Program-made: the position numbers and the translations under genes
The notes under the pieces: model-generated
What the model was told of the DNA's origin: nothing
Database searches by the model: none
Seen by the model: only the letters and a program-made list of their open reading frames with translations
Shown here: piece after piece, positions 12,035 to 23,830 of the stretch
Layout: every line of letters begins with the position of its first letter
Position numbering within the stretch: position 1 is the first letter of the stretch
Origin: Massalongia carnosa
Taxonomy: Eukaryota
Reading direction: 5' to 3'
Assembly: GCA_965645245.1 (NCBI GenBank)
Contig: OZ287068.1
Location: forward strand, 1,488,001 to 1,552,000
Length of the DNA: 64,000 nt

Positions 12035-15000
12035 TTAGGTCCGAGCTCCGCGAGGACCACCAGGCTTGGTAGGCCTCAATCGATGAAAGTCTTCCAATAG
12101 GTCTAAGCAGTGGGTGACGTCCTTAGCTTCAGTCCGGTCGGGGGCGTCCCAACCAGTACATTTGATCAGGTATTGTAATCGTCTTCGAAAGAAACGGGAG
12201 TCCAAAATTTCCTCGACTTCCCACTCTGTTTCACCTTCAACTTCGACAGGAGGAGAAGGAGCGGGTATGTGGCCGACGTGGGGGTGTTGAGAGACAGGTT
12301 CTAGAAGAGAGACATGGAACACAGGATGAACTTTCATAGAGGCGGGAAGGTCTAACTCGTATGCGTACTTGCTAATAACCTTCTTTATAATGAACCTTCC
12401 AAGCTTTTTCCAATCCAACTTTCGTGATGGCCGTTCGGTCTTTATATGCCTAGCGTCCAACCATACCTCGTCACCGACATGAAACATGGGAGCCGGGGTC
12501 CTGTTTGCATTAGCAGATGCTTCATAACGCGCTTGAGCTAGGCGCATTTCGTCGCCGAGGTGTTCACTGATACTTTGCATTTTGGAGGCGAATTCGTCGG
12601 CGCTAATGACCTGCGCATTGGGGGAGTCGCGATGAACAGGTTCAAAACCAAGACGGGGGTGGAAACCATAGTTAGCAAGGAACGGGCTGACGGACGTTGT
12701 TTCGGAGTCGGAGTTATTGCTAGCGAAGTCAGCCATGGGCAGCCAGTCGGTCCAGTCATCTTGTTGATAGGATACATAGCTTCTGAGGTATTGTTCCATG
12801 ACCGCGTTATATCGTTCCGTTTGACCGTCGGTCTCCGGGTGAAACGACGTGGATAGCCGACTGTTGATCTTTAGTCGTTCACATAGTGCTTTCCAGAAGT
12901 CAGCGATGAACTGGCCTCCTCGGTCCGACACAATGGAGTCAGGTAGGCCATGAAGTTTCCAGACATGTTCAACGTATAGCCAAGCCAAGGCCTTAGCGTC
13001 GGTGGTTTCTCTGCAGGGAATAAAATGCTTCATCTTGGTTAGTCGACAAACAACGCTTAGTATGGCGTTCTTATCACTACTTTCGGGTAGGCCAGTGACG
13101 AAATCCATGGATATGTCCTTTCATCGTTGTTGAGGAACAGGCAAAGGTTTCAATACTCCGTACTTAGCATGATGAGAAGCTTTACTGCGAGAGCATGTGT
13201 GACAGTGCTGAACATAGCGGGCAATGAACTGATGATATCGGGGCCAGTAGTAGTCTCGCGCCATTAGACTAAATGTTTTAGATCTGCCTGGATGACCGGC
13301 GACTGGACTGTCGTGATATTCCTTGCATAGTCTCATTTTTAATTCATGCCAATCAGGGACATATAGCCTTTCCTTGTAGTATAGTCTTCCATTCCTGTCT
13401 TCACATTCGGCTAGGGTGATGTCCTTGCTGTGTCGAGTACCGTTTCGGAGAAGTGTCAGGATTTTGTTAGGCGTAGGGTCATGTTCATATCCTAGATCAA
13501 TGAGTTCGTCTATAGATTTGTCTTCCGAGTCGGAGGCGGGAGCAAGGTTCGATGGTTCAATGACGATGTCAGGTTCAGAGTCAGACACGTCAGTCACACG
13601 AGGCACGTTGTTAGCATGAACTTCAAAATTATGCGGTTTTAATACCGCCTGATTCTGATGTTCCAGTCTCACGTCCCCTTCCTTTAGGAAGATCTCCTGA
13701 TCTTCTAGTCAATGCATCAGGTTTTCCACCTAATTTGCCGGGTCTATACGTGATTTTGAAGTCGAAACGTGAGAGATATTCTGCCCAGCGGGCCTGTCGT
13801 CTGCTTAGCTGCTTGGTGGTGGTGAAATACTCCAGGTTTTTATGATCGGTGATTACTTTAACCGGGTATGCGGCTCCTTGGAGTTCTGGTCTCCATTCCT
13901 CGAAGGCACGTATTATGGCTAGCAGTTCTTTATCATAAATCTCGTAATTGCACTCCGCCGGTGACAAACGTCGCGAGAAAAAGGCTACGGGGCGAAGGAC
14001 TCCATTGTCATCATACTGTGAGAGAACTCCGGCATTGACATAATCAGAAGAGTCAGTTTCAACCACGCTTTCCTTATCGGGGTCAAAATGCAGCAGAACA
14101 ACGTCACTGGTGAACATAGCCTTCAGATCCTTGAAGGCCCTGGCGCAGTCAGCGGTCCATACGAATGATGTCTTCTTTTTTGACATAGCAGTCAATGGTC
14201 CGGCTATGCGAGAGAAACCCTTGACAAATCGACGATAGAAATTCGCGAATCCTATGAAGGCCTGCACGTCTTTTAGATTCTCGGGGGTGTTCCAATTCTG
14301 AATTGTCTCAATTTTCTTAGGGTCCATTCTTATACCATCTTTGGATATTATCAACCCTAAATAAATGGTCTCCATGACATGGAACTCACACTTTGAGATG
14401 TCGAGTTGTAGTCCGGCCTTCCGTAAGGCCGTTAGTACTTTTCTCACATGACCCTTGTGTTCGCTCATGGAATTGCTGTAAATCAATATGTCATCGATGT
14501 ACGCGGTGCAGAAGATGTCTAGATATTCACGAAGCACATCATTAATGTACTCCTGAAACGAGGATGGCGCTCCACAGAGCCCAAATGGCATGACGAGATA
14601 TTCGAATAATCCATAACGTGTTCGAAAGGCAGTTTTCCATTCCTCTCCATGAGTTACACGGAGACGGTTGAAAGCCGCGACAATATCCAACTTAGTAAAG
14701 ACAACTGCCTTACTCAAGCGGTCCAAGGTTTCTCTGATCAAAGGTAGGGGGTATCTGTTCTTGATCGTTATCGCATTTAATGCTCTGTAATCAACACAAA
14801 AACGCAGGCCTCCGCCTGGTTTCCTAACGAACAATACCGGGGACGCAGCGGGGGAAGAACTGGATCGAATAAAACCTTTCTTCAGGTTTTCTGTGAGATA
14901 CTTCTGTAGAACTAACAGTTCATCTCGACTCATGCCGTATAACGGGCCATACGTGGGTTCCTTTCCTTCCATCAATGGAATTTTATGATCATAGCTACGT

Positions 15001-17110
15001 CGCTCAGGAAGTTTATCAGCTTCTTTCTTGGAAAATACATCAAGAAATTCATGATATTCCTGTGGCAACACTGTAGCAGGGTCAATTTCCGGTTTAGGGT
15101 TCAAGGCACGCTCGATATCTCTCATGTTCACGGTAAAGAGTTCACACTCTTTTTTCTTTGCTAGACGGGTAAAGGGGGCGGCCCCTATCATACATATGCT
15201 CAATGGTGGACTCTGATTGGTCGGCGGCGGAACGAGCGGGGACGGAACGGGTAAGGTCGAAGACAAGATAGGCGAAGGGGCGGCGGACGCGACCGCATTG
15301 GAGTTGACGCGCTGATTTAACCGGCCAGGCCTATTAAATTTAACCGCCTCGGGACTAGTGTCATGAGCGATGATTGGCGCAGTCGTGTCGGGACTAGCGC
15401 TACTTTCCACGACGAGGGCTTTTCCGCACGAAGTTCAGGAACGTTGGTTATGCCTATCACCGTATTTGACTCGGAGTTGTCAAGACAGTGCTGACGGCAG
15501 TAAGGTGAGTTGAAAGTGAGAGAGTTCATGGCCCATCGTATGCTGACGTCGTGGACTTGTAGCCATTTAATGCCGAGAACGATAGGATAATGACCGAGAC
15601 TGGTAACGAGAAGGTTGGCGGGTTCGGAGTGGGAGGCGATGTCAAGGTTTAGACGAGCAAGGTGGGTAAGTTTTCCAGACGATACGGGACGACCGTCTGC
15701 GAGTTCAAGAGTACGAGGTTTCTTCATGGGGGCGAGGGGTATGCGATGGTAGTGCGCGAACGAAGAATCAACAAAGGCAAATCCAGATGCTCCACAATCA
15801 ATCAATGCATAAGTCTTGATTCTGATTGTTCCTATGGAGACAACAAGAGACACAACCAAATGCCTACCATCTAGGTTTTCTTCAGATAAAGGCTCTTTGG
15901 ACAAGGAAAATGCCGAAATTGAAATAGCTCCTTTCGATAATTGTCTTCGGCCGCGACTTAGACCGAAGACTGAACTTTTTCCTCCTCCTCTCGGAGTTCC
16001 CGAGCTTAGTTCAAATGTCTTCATTCTAGATTTTCCTTTGGAGACCGGACAAGCGTTGGCGAAATGTCCGGATCCTCCACAGTACATGCATAGTCCCTCG
16101 TTCATGCGGCGCGATCGTTCCGCCGGTGTGATGGGACCCCGACGCCTAGAGGTTGACAGGTCCATGACGTCTGAGTCTGCAGAGGGGTGGGAGCGGGTCG
16201 AGGAGCGGGGTGGTAGGACTGGAAGAGGTCTTGGTGATCGGAGTGGACGGAGCGGAGGAAGAACGGGAAGTGCCGCCATACGTGAATGGCTTGCGGAGCG
16301 ATGCTTGAACGGAGCGGAATCGGTTATCGATCTTCTGAAGGACTTGTATGGTGTCGTCCAGGAAGCGGGTAGGTCTACCGTGATTAGAGCGGATTTTAAC
16401 TCATCGCTGAGACCGTCCAGAAGAATCGATCGTTTAGCTTCATCGTCGAAGCCTGTGTCGGGAACGAGGCGCTGATAGTCGGATAGATATAGGTAGAACT
16501 CTTTATTCTTTTGTCGAAGCTGTCGCAGTTCCCTTTGTGCTGTTGCTTTTCTATCAGGATCACCGAAGGCCAATTGCAGTTTGGTATAGAACGCGTTCAT
16601 ATCGACAAGGGCAATGTTTCCATCTCTTTCTAGGTACGGCTGCATTTGTTCCAAAGCTTTTTCCTTCAAGCGGCTTAGCGCATAAGCCAGCTTGCTTTGC
16701 TCGGTGGGATAATGGTCCTTGTTGATGTTTAGCTTGATCCGGAGTTGTGTCATCCATCCTCGAAGTTCTGCTTTGTCGCCACCAAAGGGAGAGGGGTCTG
16801 GATGCTTAGTGGAGCGGTGCGATTTAGACTGCGAGGATGCATCGGCAAGGTTGGTGCGGAGTTCGTCTAGAACAGCCTGTCCGGCGGCCATGGTGATTGA
16901 ATTCTCGGTCAGAGTGACGTTAGCCTGTTCAAGGGAAGATAGTGCGGTTGCTTTGTCGGTCTCTAAGGTGGTGATGATTTCCTGAGCGTTGGATGCGAAG
17001 TTGGTGATGCGAAGAAGGAAATCGAGCCATGCTTGTGGGTGTTGCTGCACGGCACTGCTTAGTTCGTTGGCATTGGAAACGGAGGTGGGGGGGTCGAGGT
17101 TGATAGACAT
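12035..17110 (-). pseudogene. Gypsy gag-pol (gag with CCHC knuckle, aspartic protease, RT, RNase H, integrase, chromodomain), broken by 1-bp indels and one stop
   Basis: [83 protein letters not shown]; frameshifts near 15410 and 13670, TGA at 13121. Confidence 0.93.
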
Positions 17111-17149
17111 GATGATGATGCACCAGGTGAATAGGCTGGTCGAACGTAG

Positions 17150-17484
17150 TGTCACGGTGCGAGGTCAGGTAGAAATTCAGATGGTGCAAACGTATTACTT
17201 GATTGTCTAGCTAGGTGGACAAGACGTTCGACAAGGAGGAAAGAAACAGAAAGTCCAACGTGGGCGAGTATAAGACTGTGGCGAACGGAACTAGTCCCAG
17301 TCCAGCCGTTGATCCAATTTCCCCCAAGTCCCTGGCATGAAACTATCGCTTACCTTTGCCCTGACTGAACCGGATTAAGCTTAGTTCCTTTCGGATCGGC
17401 TAGCCGGCTAGTGCTTCGTTCAAGCAGCTAAGGTTGAGGTTGATTCAATGAACTAACTAGCAGGTGCCCAGTCACTCCATGACA
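17150..17484 (-). repeat. 5' LTR (335 bp) of Gypsy element 1
   Basis: Direct repeat of 11663-12022, upstream of gag on the minus strand. Confidence 0.97.
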
Positions 17485-18963
17485 ATACGGTCGTACGACT
17501 CCGATCTCTCTACCTTCTCTATACTCGTTACCTCCGTCTAACAATATCACCTTGTCAACATGTCGCTTTATACGTTCAATCCAGGACTGAATTCTTTTCT
17601 GCGTCAACTCCTCCGTCCAGCACTTTGTCCAGGCCATTTCAGCCTCAATACGAGTCCGCGGAGCACTAATCGAGTGGTTCTTCGCTTCATCCAGAACCAG
17701 CAAGGCTCGATTATGTTCAGATCAGGAGAATTTCTAGGCCATAACAGACGCATGACGTTGAGATCCACAACGATCAAATTTTGATGTTTGAATGCGTGAC
17801 TGGGGGCCTTGTCTTCCTGTACGATAGTGTTTGGTCGATCTATCATACATTCTTTTGCAAACGGAAGAAGCTTAGGAATTAAGACGAGTTTTTGATAACG
17901 ATACCAGTCCACTCCTCCTTTGCCATCTCAAACGACTTTACCGTGTGTTTTATCCCATTTCCAGATAGGTTTTCGACCTCCTGGATTACGTAGCTTCATT
18001 CGTCTCATGCTGGTTTCTAACTCCCAATTCTCTTTAGCTTCTGATTCTAAAGTCTCATTGAGTTTATCTAACTCAATTTGAGCCTCTCTTTTCTCTTTTG
18101 CGGTCTCCGTTTTCCAGATATGAAAAGGTCCTTTCTTTTCGTACGAAAAACAGCCCCAAAACAAAAACTCGGAGCATCCTTTCTATCTACGTCGAATACA
18201 CGTTTTAGCATACATTTCTTTCGAGGTACGCCACTGAAGTCTTCTTCCACGTCTAGAACCCAATATAATGCTTGTTTCTTCAGTCCATATAACGTTCTTC
18301 CAATCATCAATAGTCCAGTGCTGATATCGCAAACAAAATTGCAGACGAGCCTCTTTCATGATCGAATCTAGACCTGGCTTTTTTGTGCTTTTACAGAGGC
18401 GAAACCCATTCTGTTTAAGCGTACGAAGTATAGTAGTGGAGGAGAGTTTATGATCAAAGCCAATCATAGCTGATGATTTTTCTCTGCTATTTCGATCTTG
18501 CACTACATTATTCAATATAGCTTGCTCTACCTCCGGTGTAACCTTTTTAGGTCGTCCTGAACAAGGTGCATCTTCTATATATTCTACTTCTAAAACACGA
18601 GATACAGCTGGATCATATCCACGCTGTCGTGCTTTGATTTTGAGAGCTGAAATCGATCTTGTGGAGACTCCAGTCACTGCTTGCACGATTTTCGCCGCAA
18701 TTCCGTGTTCTACAAGCGCTAAAGCCTGTATTCTTTGTGCAATCGTGAGAATATTGCTCTGTGCATTGGGCATGATAATGATGATGATTAAAACCTTCTA
18801 CTGAATATCAGATGCAGTAGTACTGTCTTTTTGACGAAGAGAATAGAAGCAATTCGAGATTTTCTAGACTATTTTAGTACTGTATTCCCCTTGTAAGCTA
18901 ATAAACACTAATGCACGTCTCATGTACGCTAGCAAGGACTTTCAGCGTCATCCTTCGTACATA

Positions 18964-21810
18964 GATATCAACTGCACATCCTAACTGCTTATTTATCAAC
19001 CGGGCATGCATTATTTTTCCAATTTCACCAGTTTTATCACCTATTTACAACTCATTTGCGACGCCGTCTCATCATGATTTGCAACCTCTATGTGCTTTAT
19101 TTTCAACCTCATTTGCAAATATTATTAATAATTAGATATATATCAATTGCGCGTTCTAATAGTAACTCCTAGTCTGACGATAGCCCTCTTGATAAAAGTT
19201 AAACTGCTCATCCTCATCATCCTCATCACCCTCATTATTCTCATTATTCTCATCAAAAGCTATGAAGTTCGTCTGCTCGCGAATAGAATCATCTTCTATA
19301 ACTCGTAGACTATCATCACCTATAGTATCCGTGATGAATTCGATCTCATTTCTATCTTCATCTGTCTCATCTGTCTTATCTGCAGTCTGCCCTTTCTTCT
19401 TTCTTGCCGCGTCCTTCCTCGCCACCTCCATCTTCCAAATAGAGTTTGTCTTCTTCCATCCTGCTTCGGGATCTTGAATGGGAGTCAGCTTATCAACAGG
19501 AATGATGACGCCTTGCCTGTTGAGCTCCTTGACTTGCTTTTGCCGAACTCTTTCATCTTTTCCCGCAGCAACTCCCTTGATGTGTATAGCATTACGTTCC
19601 ATTCGCCATATTCTCATGTAATTGTTGTGCTTCTTTATTCTTTCCTCTCGTTCTTCTTTTTCTTGCTTTTCGGCAATGACTCGTTCTGCGTCCTCCTTTG
19701 TGAGTCCTGACGCCTCCGAATAGATAGATCTTATCCTCTTGCGAGAGGTTGCTTTGTATAGCAATTCATCATTTCTCCTTTTGCGGATAACTTTCAGTTC
19801 GAATTCGATAAGATTTGATTTTGCAACAATCTGCTTCGCACTATCAACAAACTGTTCAAACTCGTTTGGCCGATTATCGTCACTCCACTGCGTAACATTT
19901 TGAATTTATGGCAACCAATCAATCAGGCCCTTTCAACGTCATCGAAGGCTTGAGGTTGAATACCTGCGGGCAACACTGGAAGGGGGATCCTCATTCGCGC
20001 GCTTCTGACCCCGCAGTTGACCCCGCATCACCTGCTCACCCCGCAGCATTCGAACGGGCCCCTTCAACCCTGGGGCGGCGAATTTTTTAAGCTGTTTAAT
20101 ACATAAGTAATTCGGCTAAGGCGAAAGGTAATGCCGGGACCGAGTGGAGGCAGGCCGCGAAACAGCCGACGAAGGCCGAATGGCAAAGGAGGATGATGTC
20201 CAAAATAGTTGGACAAGCAAGGGAGAGAAAGGGCATAAATAGGTGGCCTTTTGGCACTCTTCTCCTCATCATCACCATTGATTCGGAGTTCAGCACCAAA
20301 AGGTCTTTTGCCCACCCACCCACTCCCTGAATCAGCCGCATAGGTAGATGGAGTTTTTCCCCTCACTGCTGCCAAAACAAAGCCATTATAGCAGGGGCCC
20401 TGAGCAAAACTGAGCGCCAGCAGGGCAACAGCGAGGGGAGAGTTGCCCAAACATAGATAGAAATTATGTATATGTTCAGCTGACACGATGGAGCCCGCGA
20501 ATTACACCCCCTATTGATAGACCACATTCCGGCCTTTCTAAAAGTAGATCGAATGGTGGAGCTTGTGAAAGTGTTGTCTCGTATTTTGGTGAGGTCTTGA
20601 CAAAATCGAGTCAATGAATACTCGGTGTTGAACTCTGCAAGGACATCTTGAATAGCCTTATCATGCCAATGCTTATAGGGTTGAAATACGCCCACATCAA
20701 GGGGTTGCATACATTGAGTCAGATGTGGTATCAGGGGGAGAGGGCGAATGTGATTTTCATTGGCAAGCTTTATAAACTCAGGAGTGCAATGAGTCCCATG
20801 ATTATCCATGAGCATCAATTTCCACTGCTTTATAGGCCCCGAGTTCGTATTCGCAATGAAGTGCTTCAAAAATTCAATGGCTATTTCATCGGTGATGAAC
20901 CCACTTTCTGATACTTCAATCAAAGTCCCCGTGGGCAGCCCTTCTTGGAACCAGTTCTGCATTATCTACAAGCTTGCATGATTAAAACGGGGGAAGGTGG
21001 TTGATGACCGGCGGCGTTGATGCTTTCGATTATGGTGAGAGATTTGCAATTTTCTGGACTGATCGAATAGAACTCCTTAATATCTGATGGAACTAGAATT
21101 TCATGACCCTTCATACACCCAACTCGAAATCCTGCTTCATCAAAATTCCAGATATATTGTGAACGAGTTATCCCCAACTCTGCAAGAACCCGCTGATATC
21201 GATCAAACCATGATCCCACATCTGACTCCTGAGCCGCAGTATATCGAACAACTGCCAGCGGCTTGGTCTTTATCTTGTGCAGGCCATTGTCTTTCCACCA
21301 TTGCCTAAACCACCGCGGACTTGGACCATTGAATTCGGCATCTTGAGCACGTTTCAGAGTCTTAGTGGCAGCAAAAACCACTTTATGAGTAGGTTGAATG
21401 CCATACGCAATCAGAGATCGAATGAATTCGTGAATGGCTCTGACCTGATGCTCCTCCATTATTTTTTTCTACCCTCCAGTTTTCTTCGGCGGCGTCTTTT
21501 CACGTTCACTTGAACTGTATAGAGTGGTGTCGACGAGGTTGAAGATTCGAGCAGCGCAAACGATGCTCTCCTTGGGGTTTTCTATTAAAAACTGCTTAGC
21601 ATTTTGCACGCGCGTTGCATTAGAATCACTGGTTTTAATGAGGTTCTTATTTATGACGCTGCTGCTATTCATAATTGAGGTGGGAAGCGGTTGATGAAAT
21701 AGGGAGAGAGTGATTGACGAAATAGGAAGCATGCAACTGATGCGGTCGCGATTGAATAAAGGTGAATATCCCGGTTAATCAATGAGTAGTTAGGATGTGC
21801 AGTTGATATC
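18964..21810 (-). mobile_element. pogo/Fot1 DNA transposon; transposase pseudogene ~19156-21672
   Basis: TIR GATATCAACTGCACATCCTAACT at both ends flanked by TA (terminus ambiguous by 4 bp); motifs WNFDEAGF, LMDNHGTH, MQPLDVGVFQPYKHWH; frameshifts and a ~550-bp foreign insert. Confidence 0.9.
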
Positions 21811-22794
21811 TATCTATGGTATGAATAATAACAGCTAACGGTCGTAGGTTGCGGTCGAGAATTGTCGCAAAAAGCTGCAAAATAGGTGGTAAAATGGGTG
21901 AAATTGAAACTACGCAGATCGCTTGCCTACGCAGACCGCTTTCCCCGACTAGGGGTGGTATTGTACACCTCGTATGGAGGCAGCTAAGCGAGGCCGACGA
22001 TTAGCATTAATAAGATCTTTCTTTTGTCTTGTTTTTTTAAACCGCATCCGTTAAAGCTATGACTGTATTTTCAAGGATTTTGTGACGATCTGTAAGATTA
22101 TTCTTCATCTATTTGATCAATTTGTTCCAAGCTCGCTCGATACTCCTCTCGATCGCATCTATGCCCGCCTGATTTCCGTATGCTTGTCTGATATCTACTT
22201 GACCGATTGTGGCAGATTGCAGGGTGATTTGAAAGATTGTAACGGCGAGTGTTTGCAGGTCTGAATCGTCGTCCATGCGTAGTATTTCATATGCTATGAC
22301 TTCTACTTCTAGAGGTTCCTGTCAAGCCGTGAGTATACTTCGTAGATGTTTGGGGACGTAGGAAAAAGTCCGTACATTTGTCGAGAGATAGGAGGATTCG
22401 ACTCCGTGAGATTGCTAATCGACTGACTTGATGACGTTGTAGCTACCTCGAGCCGGCTTTTCGCTTATGATGTATCTATAAAATCATAATTAGCTAAGTG
22501 TTTGCTAGGAAATAAGGTGGAGGTGATGAAGAAGAATCATTCTGATATGCTTGGGTGGAGGTAAGAAAAATTCCTCAAGACATAATTTAGACACTAAACT
22601 TTGAATGTTTATGAATGAGCAATAAAAATTCAGAAATGACGATCAATCGTCTCAAAAGACATTTACAAATCTTCGATTTTGCACTCTAACTTTGAAAAAT
22701 CCACTTGCTTTCGCGGACTTTATTAGTTTACCGACATAGTTACAAAACAGTACACCATAACTATCTAACCTCCATATCTGCCTCTTTGCTTGCC

Positions 22795-22905
22795 TGCTAA
22801 AAAACTTACCTACTTACCTATCTTTCTACTTATCTACAGTACTTACCTACCTACCTACATAACGACATACCTATCTACTTGCTTGCCTGCGTGCCTGCGT
22901 GCCTA
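22795..22905. repeat. Degenerate (CTAC/TACC)n and (TGCC)n simple repeat
   Basis: cttacctacttaccta...ctacctacctac...gcttgcctgcgtgcctgcgtgcc upstream of the 23062 gene. Confidence 0.6.
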
Positions 22906-23061
22906 TTTAACCCGGTTCAACTTAAACTCATCAACGTATCAGGCTCCTTCCTGTATGGGTTCATACTTCATCACGTAACTTGTGGGACCTACACCATCCG
23001 GGTCTGCTTGTCTCGTTGTTTGGCAATGAATTAGGCATTCAATGGGTTGTCTTGGTTTAAA

Positions 23062-23397
23062 ATGGCCAAGAATTTCAATGTTAACTCCAAAACGGTCGTG
23101 GGTCCAATCGCGGCATTCACGATGGCAGGCTTGCTCTTCGTCTACTCTCGTACCTCGATAAAAGCCGCCAAAAGAAACGCCGAGAGGCATCGTTCTGCCG
23201 ATGGAGGACAGATCAGCTGGCGCAACGAAAGTCTCAGAAGGCATGGAGTGTTGAAGAGACCGGGCGAGAGCAGTTCTTTGGGACAACTCGCCAATGGCGC
23301 AAAGGATCAAGGAAATGATGCCACTGGAAAAAGCCCATCGAGACCAGAAGGAGATGAAATCCTCAGAGCAAGGAAACGAAAACCAGGCGTCACATAG
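23062..23397 (+). CDS. Small hypothetical protein with one N-terminal hydrophobic helix (111 aa)
   Basis: ATG in AAAATGG context; VGPIAAFTMAGLLFVYSRTSI hydrophobic segment then AAKRNA..DGGQISWRNESLRRHG; resembles a conserved fungal small-protein family (from memory, unverified). Confidence 0.75.
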   Translation: MAKNFNVNSKTVVGPIAAFTMAGLLFVYSRTSIKAAKRNAERHRSADGGQISWRNESLRRHGVLKRPGESSSLGQLANGAKDQGNDATGKSPSRPEGDEILRARKRKPGVT

Positions 23398-23830
23398 CAG
23401 CTAGGAGTTACGCCATGTTCATTTGTCCTTGAAGCTTTGATTCAGTCATCACAATTTCTCGTGTATTCTACTGGGGCAGTTCCTCGTTTCTGCTGCATAC
23501 CTCCATATAAATTCATCGGCTTCCGGCTGGACAAGTGTCAAAACATACAGCAAACAGGCCATGGTAAGTGGTCGACACCCGTGGACAGGTCCAACAAAAG
23601 GCCTCTTGCTAAGAAAACCTGGCCTTGAACCTCTAATACACCAGCACACTACCCTCCAGTTACCAATTACTCCAAACTAATAAATCCCCCTTAATTGGAA
23701 AAACCTACATTGCGCCTTGACTATTATCAGATCTTCACCCGCGCACATCAATGAATCCAAAACACCACCATGAGAAACACAAGTCTTTCTTTTTTAATAC
23801 ATGAGTAGGGAAATACTGTGTATGCGAAAG

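Larger units (their letters stand above)
11663..17484 (-). mobile_element. Full-length Ty3/Gypsy chromovirus LTR retrotransposon
   Basis: LTRs 11663-12022 and 17150-17484 (TG...CA), 5-bp TSD ATACG (11658-11662, 17485-17489), PPT AAAAGGGGAGCTGG on minus strand next to the 3' LTR; domain order gag-PR-RT-RH-IN-chromodomain. Confidence 0.98.
11426..18957 (-). mobile_element. Tc1 (DD34E) DNA transposon interrupted by a Gypsy element; transposase pseudogene from 18773
   Basis: TIR CGAAGGATGACGC(C/T)GAAAGTC(T/C)TTGCTA, TA at 11424-11425 and 18958-18959; removing 11663-17489 restores collinearity with the copy at 29717-31411; motif QEDKAPSH..SPDLNIIE (34 residues between D and E). Confidence 0.95.
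11295..21958. mobile_element. Inner palindromic MITE (arms ~11295-11423 and ~21813-21958) split centrally by later insertions
   Basis: ~130-bp arms are reverse complements (CCACCTCTAGTCGGGGAAAGCGGTCTGCGTA...CTCGACCGCAACCTACGACCGTTAG(T/C)TGTTATTA); TA at both outer ends. Confidence 0.8.
8997..22001. mobile_element. Outer hairpin MITE (arms ~8997-9036 and ~21963-22001) enclosing a 13-kb transposon nest
   Basis: ACCGTCGGCCTCGCTTAGCTGCCTCCATACGAGGTGTAC at 8997 is the near-perfect reverse complement of 21963-22001; TA at 8995-8996 and 22002-22003. Confidence 0.8.

Noticed and set aside
15816..16475. 219-aa antisense ORF in Gypsy gag
   Set aside because: Shadow of a GC-rich coding strand, non-ATG start, no motifs
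22004..22780. Gene or TE remnant right of the nest (possibly continuous with 8630-8994)
   Set aside because: Only short broken frames, no recognisable motif, TIR or TSD
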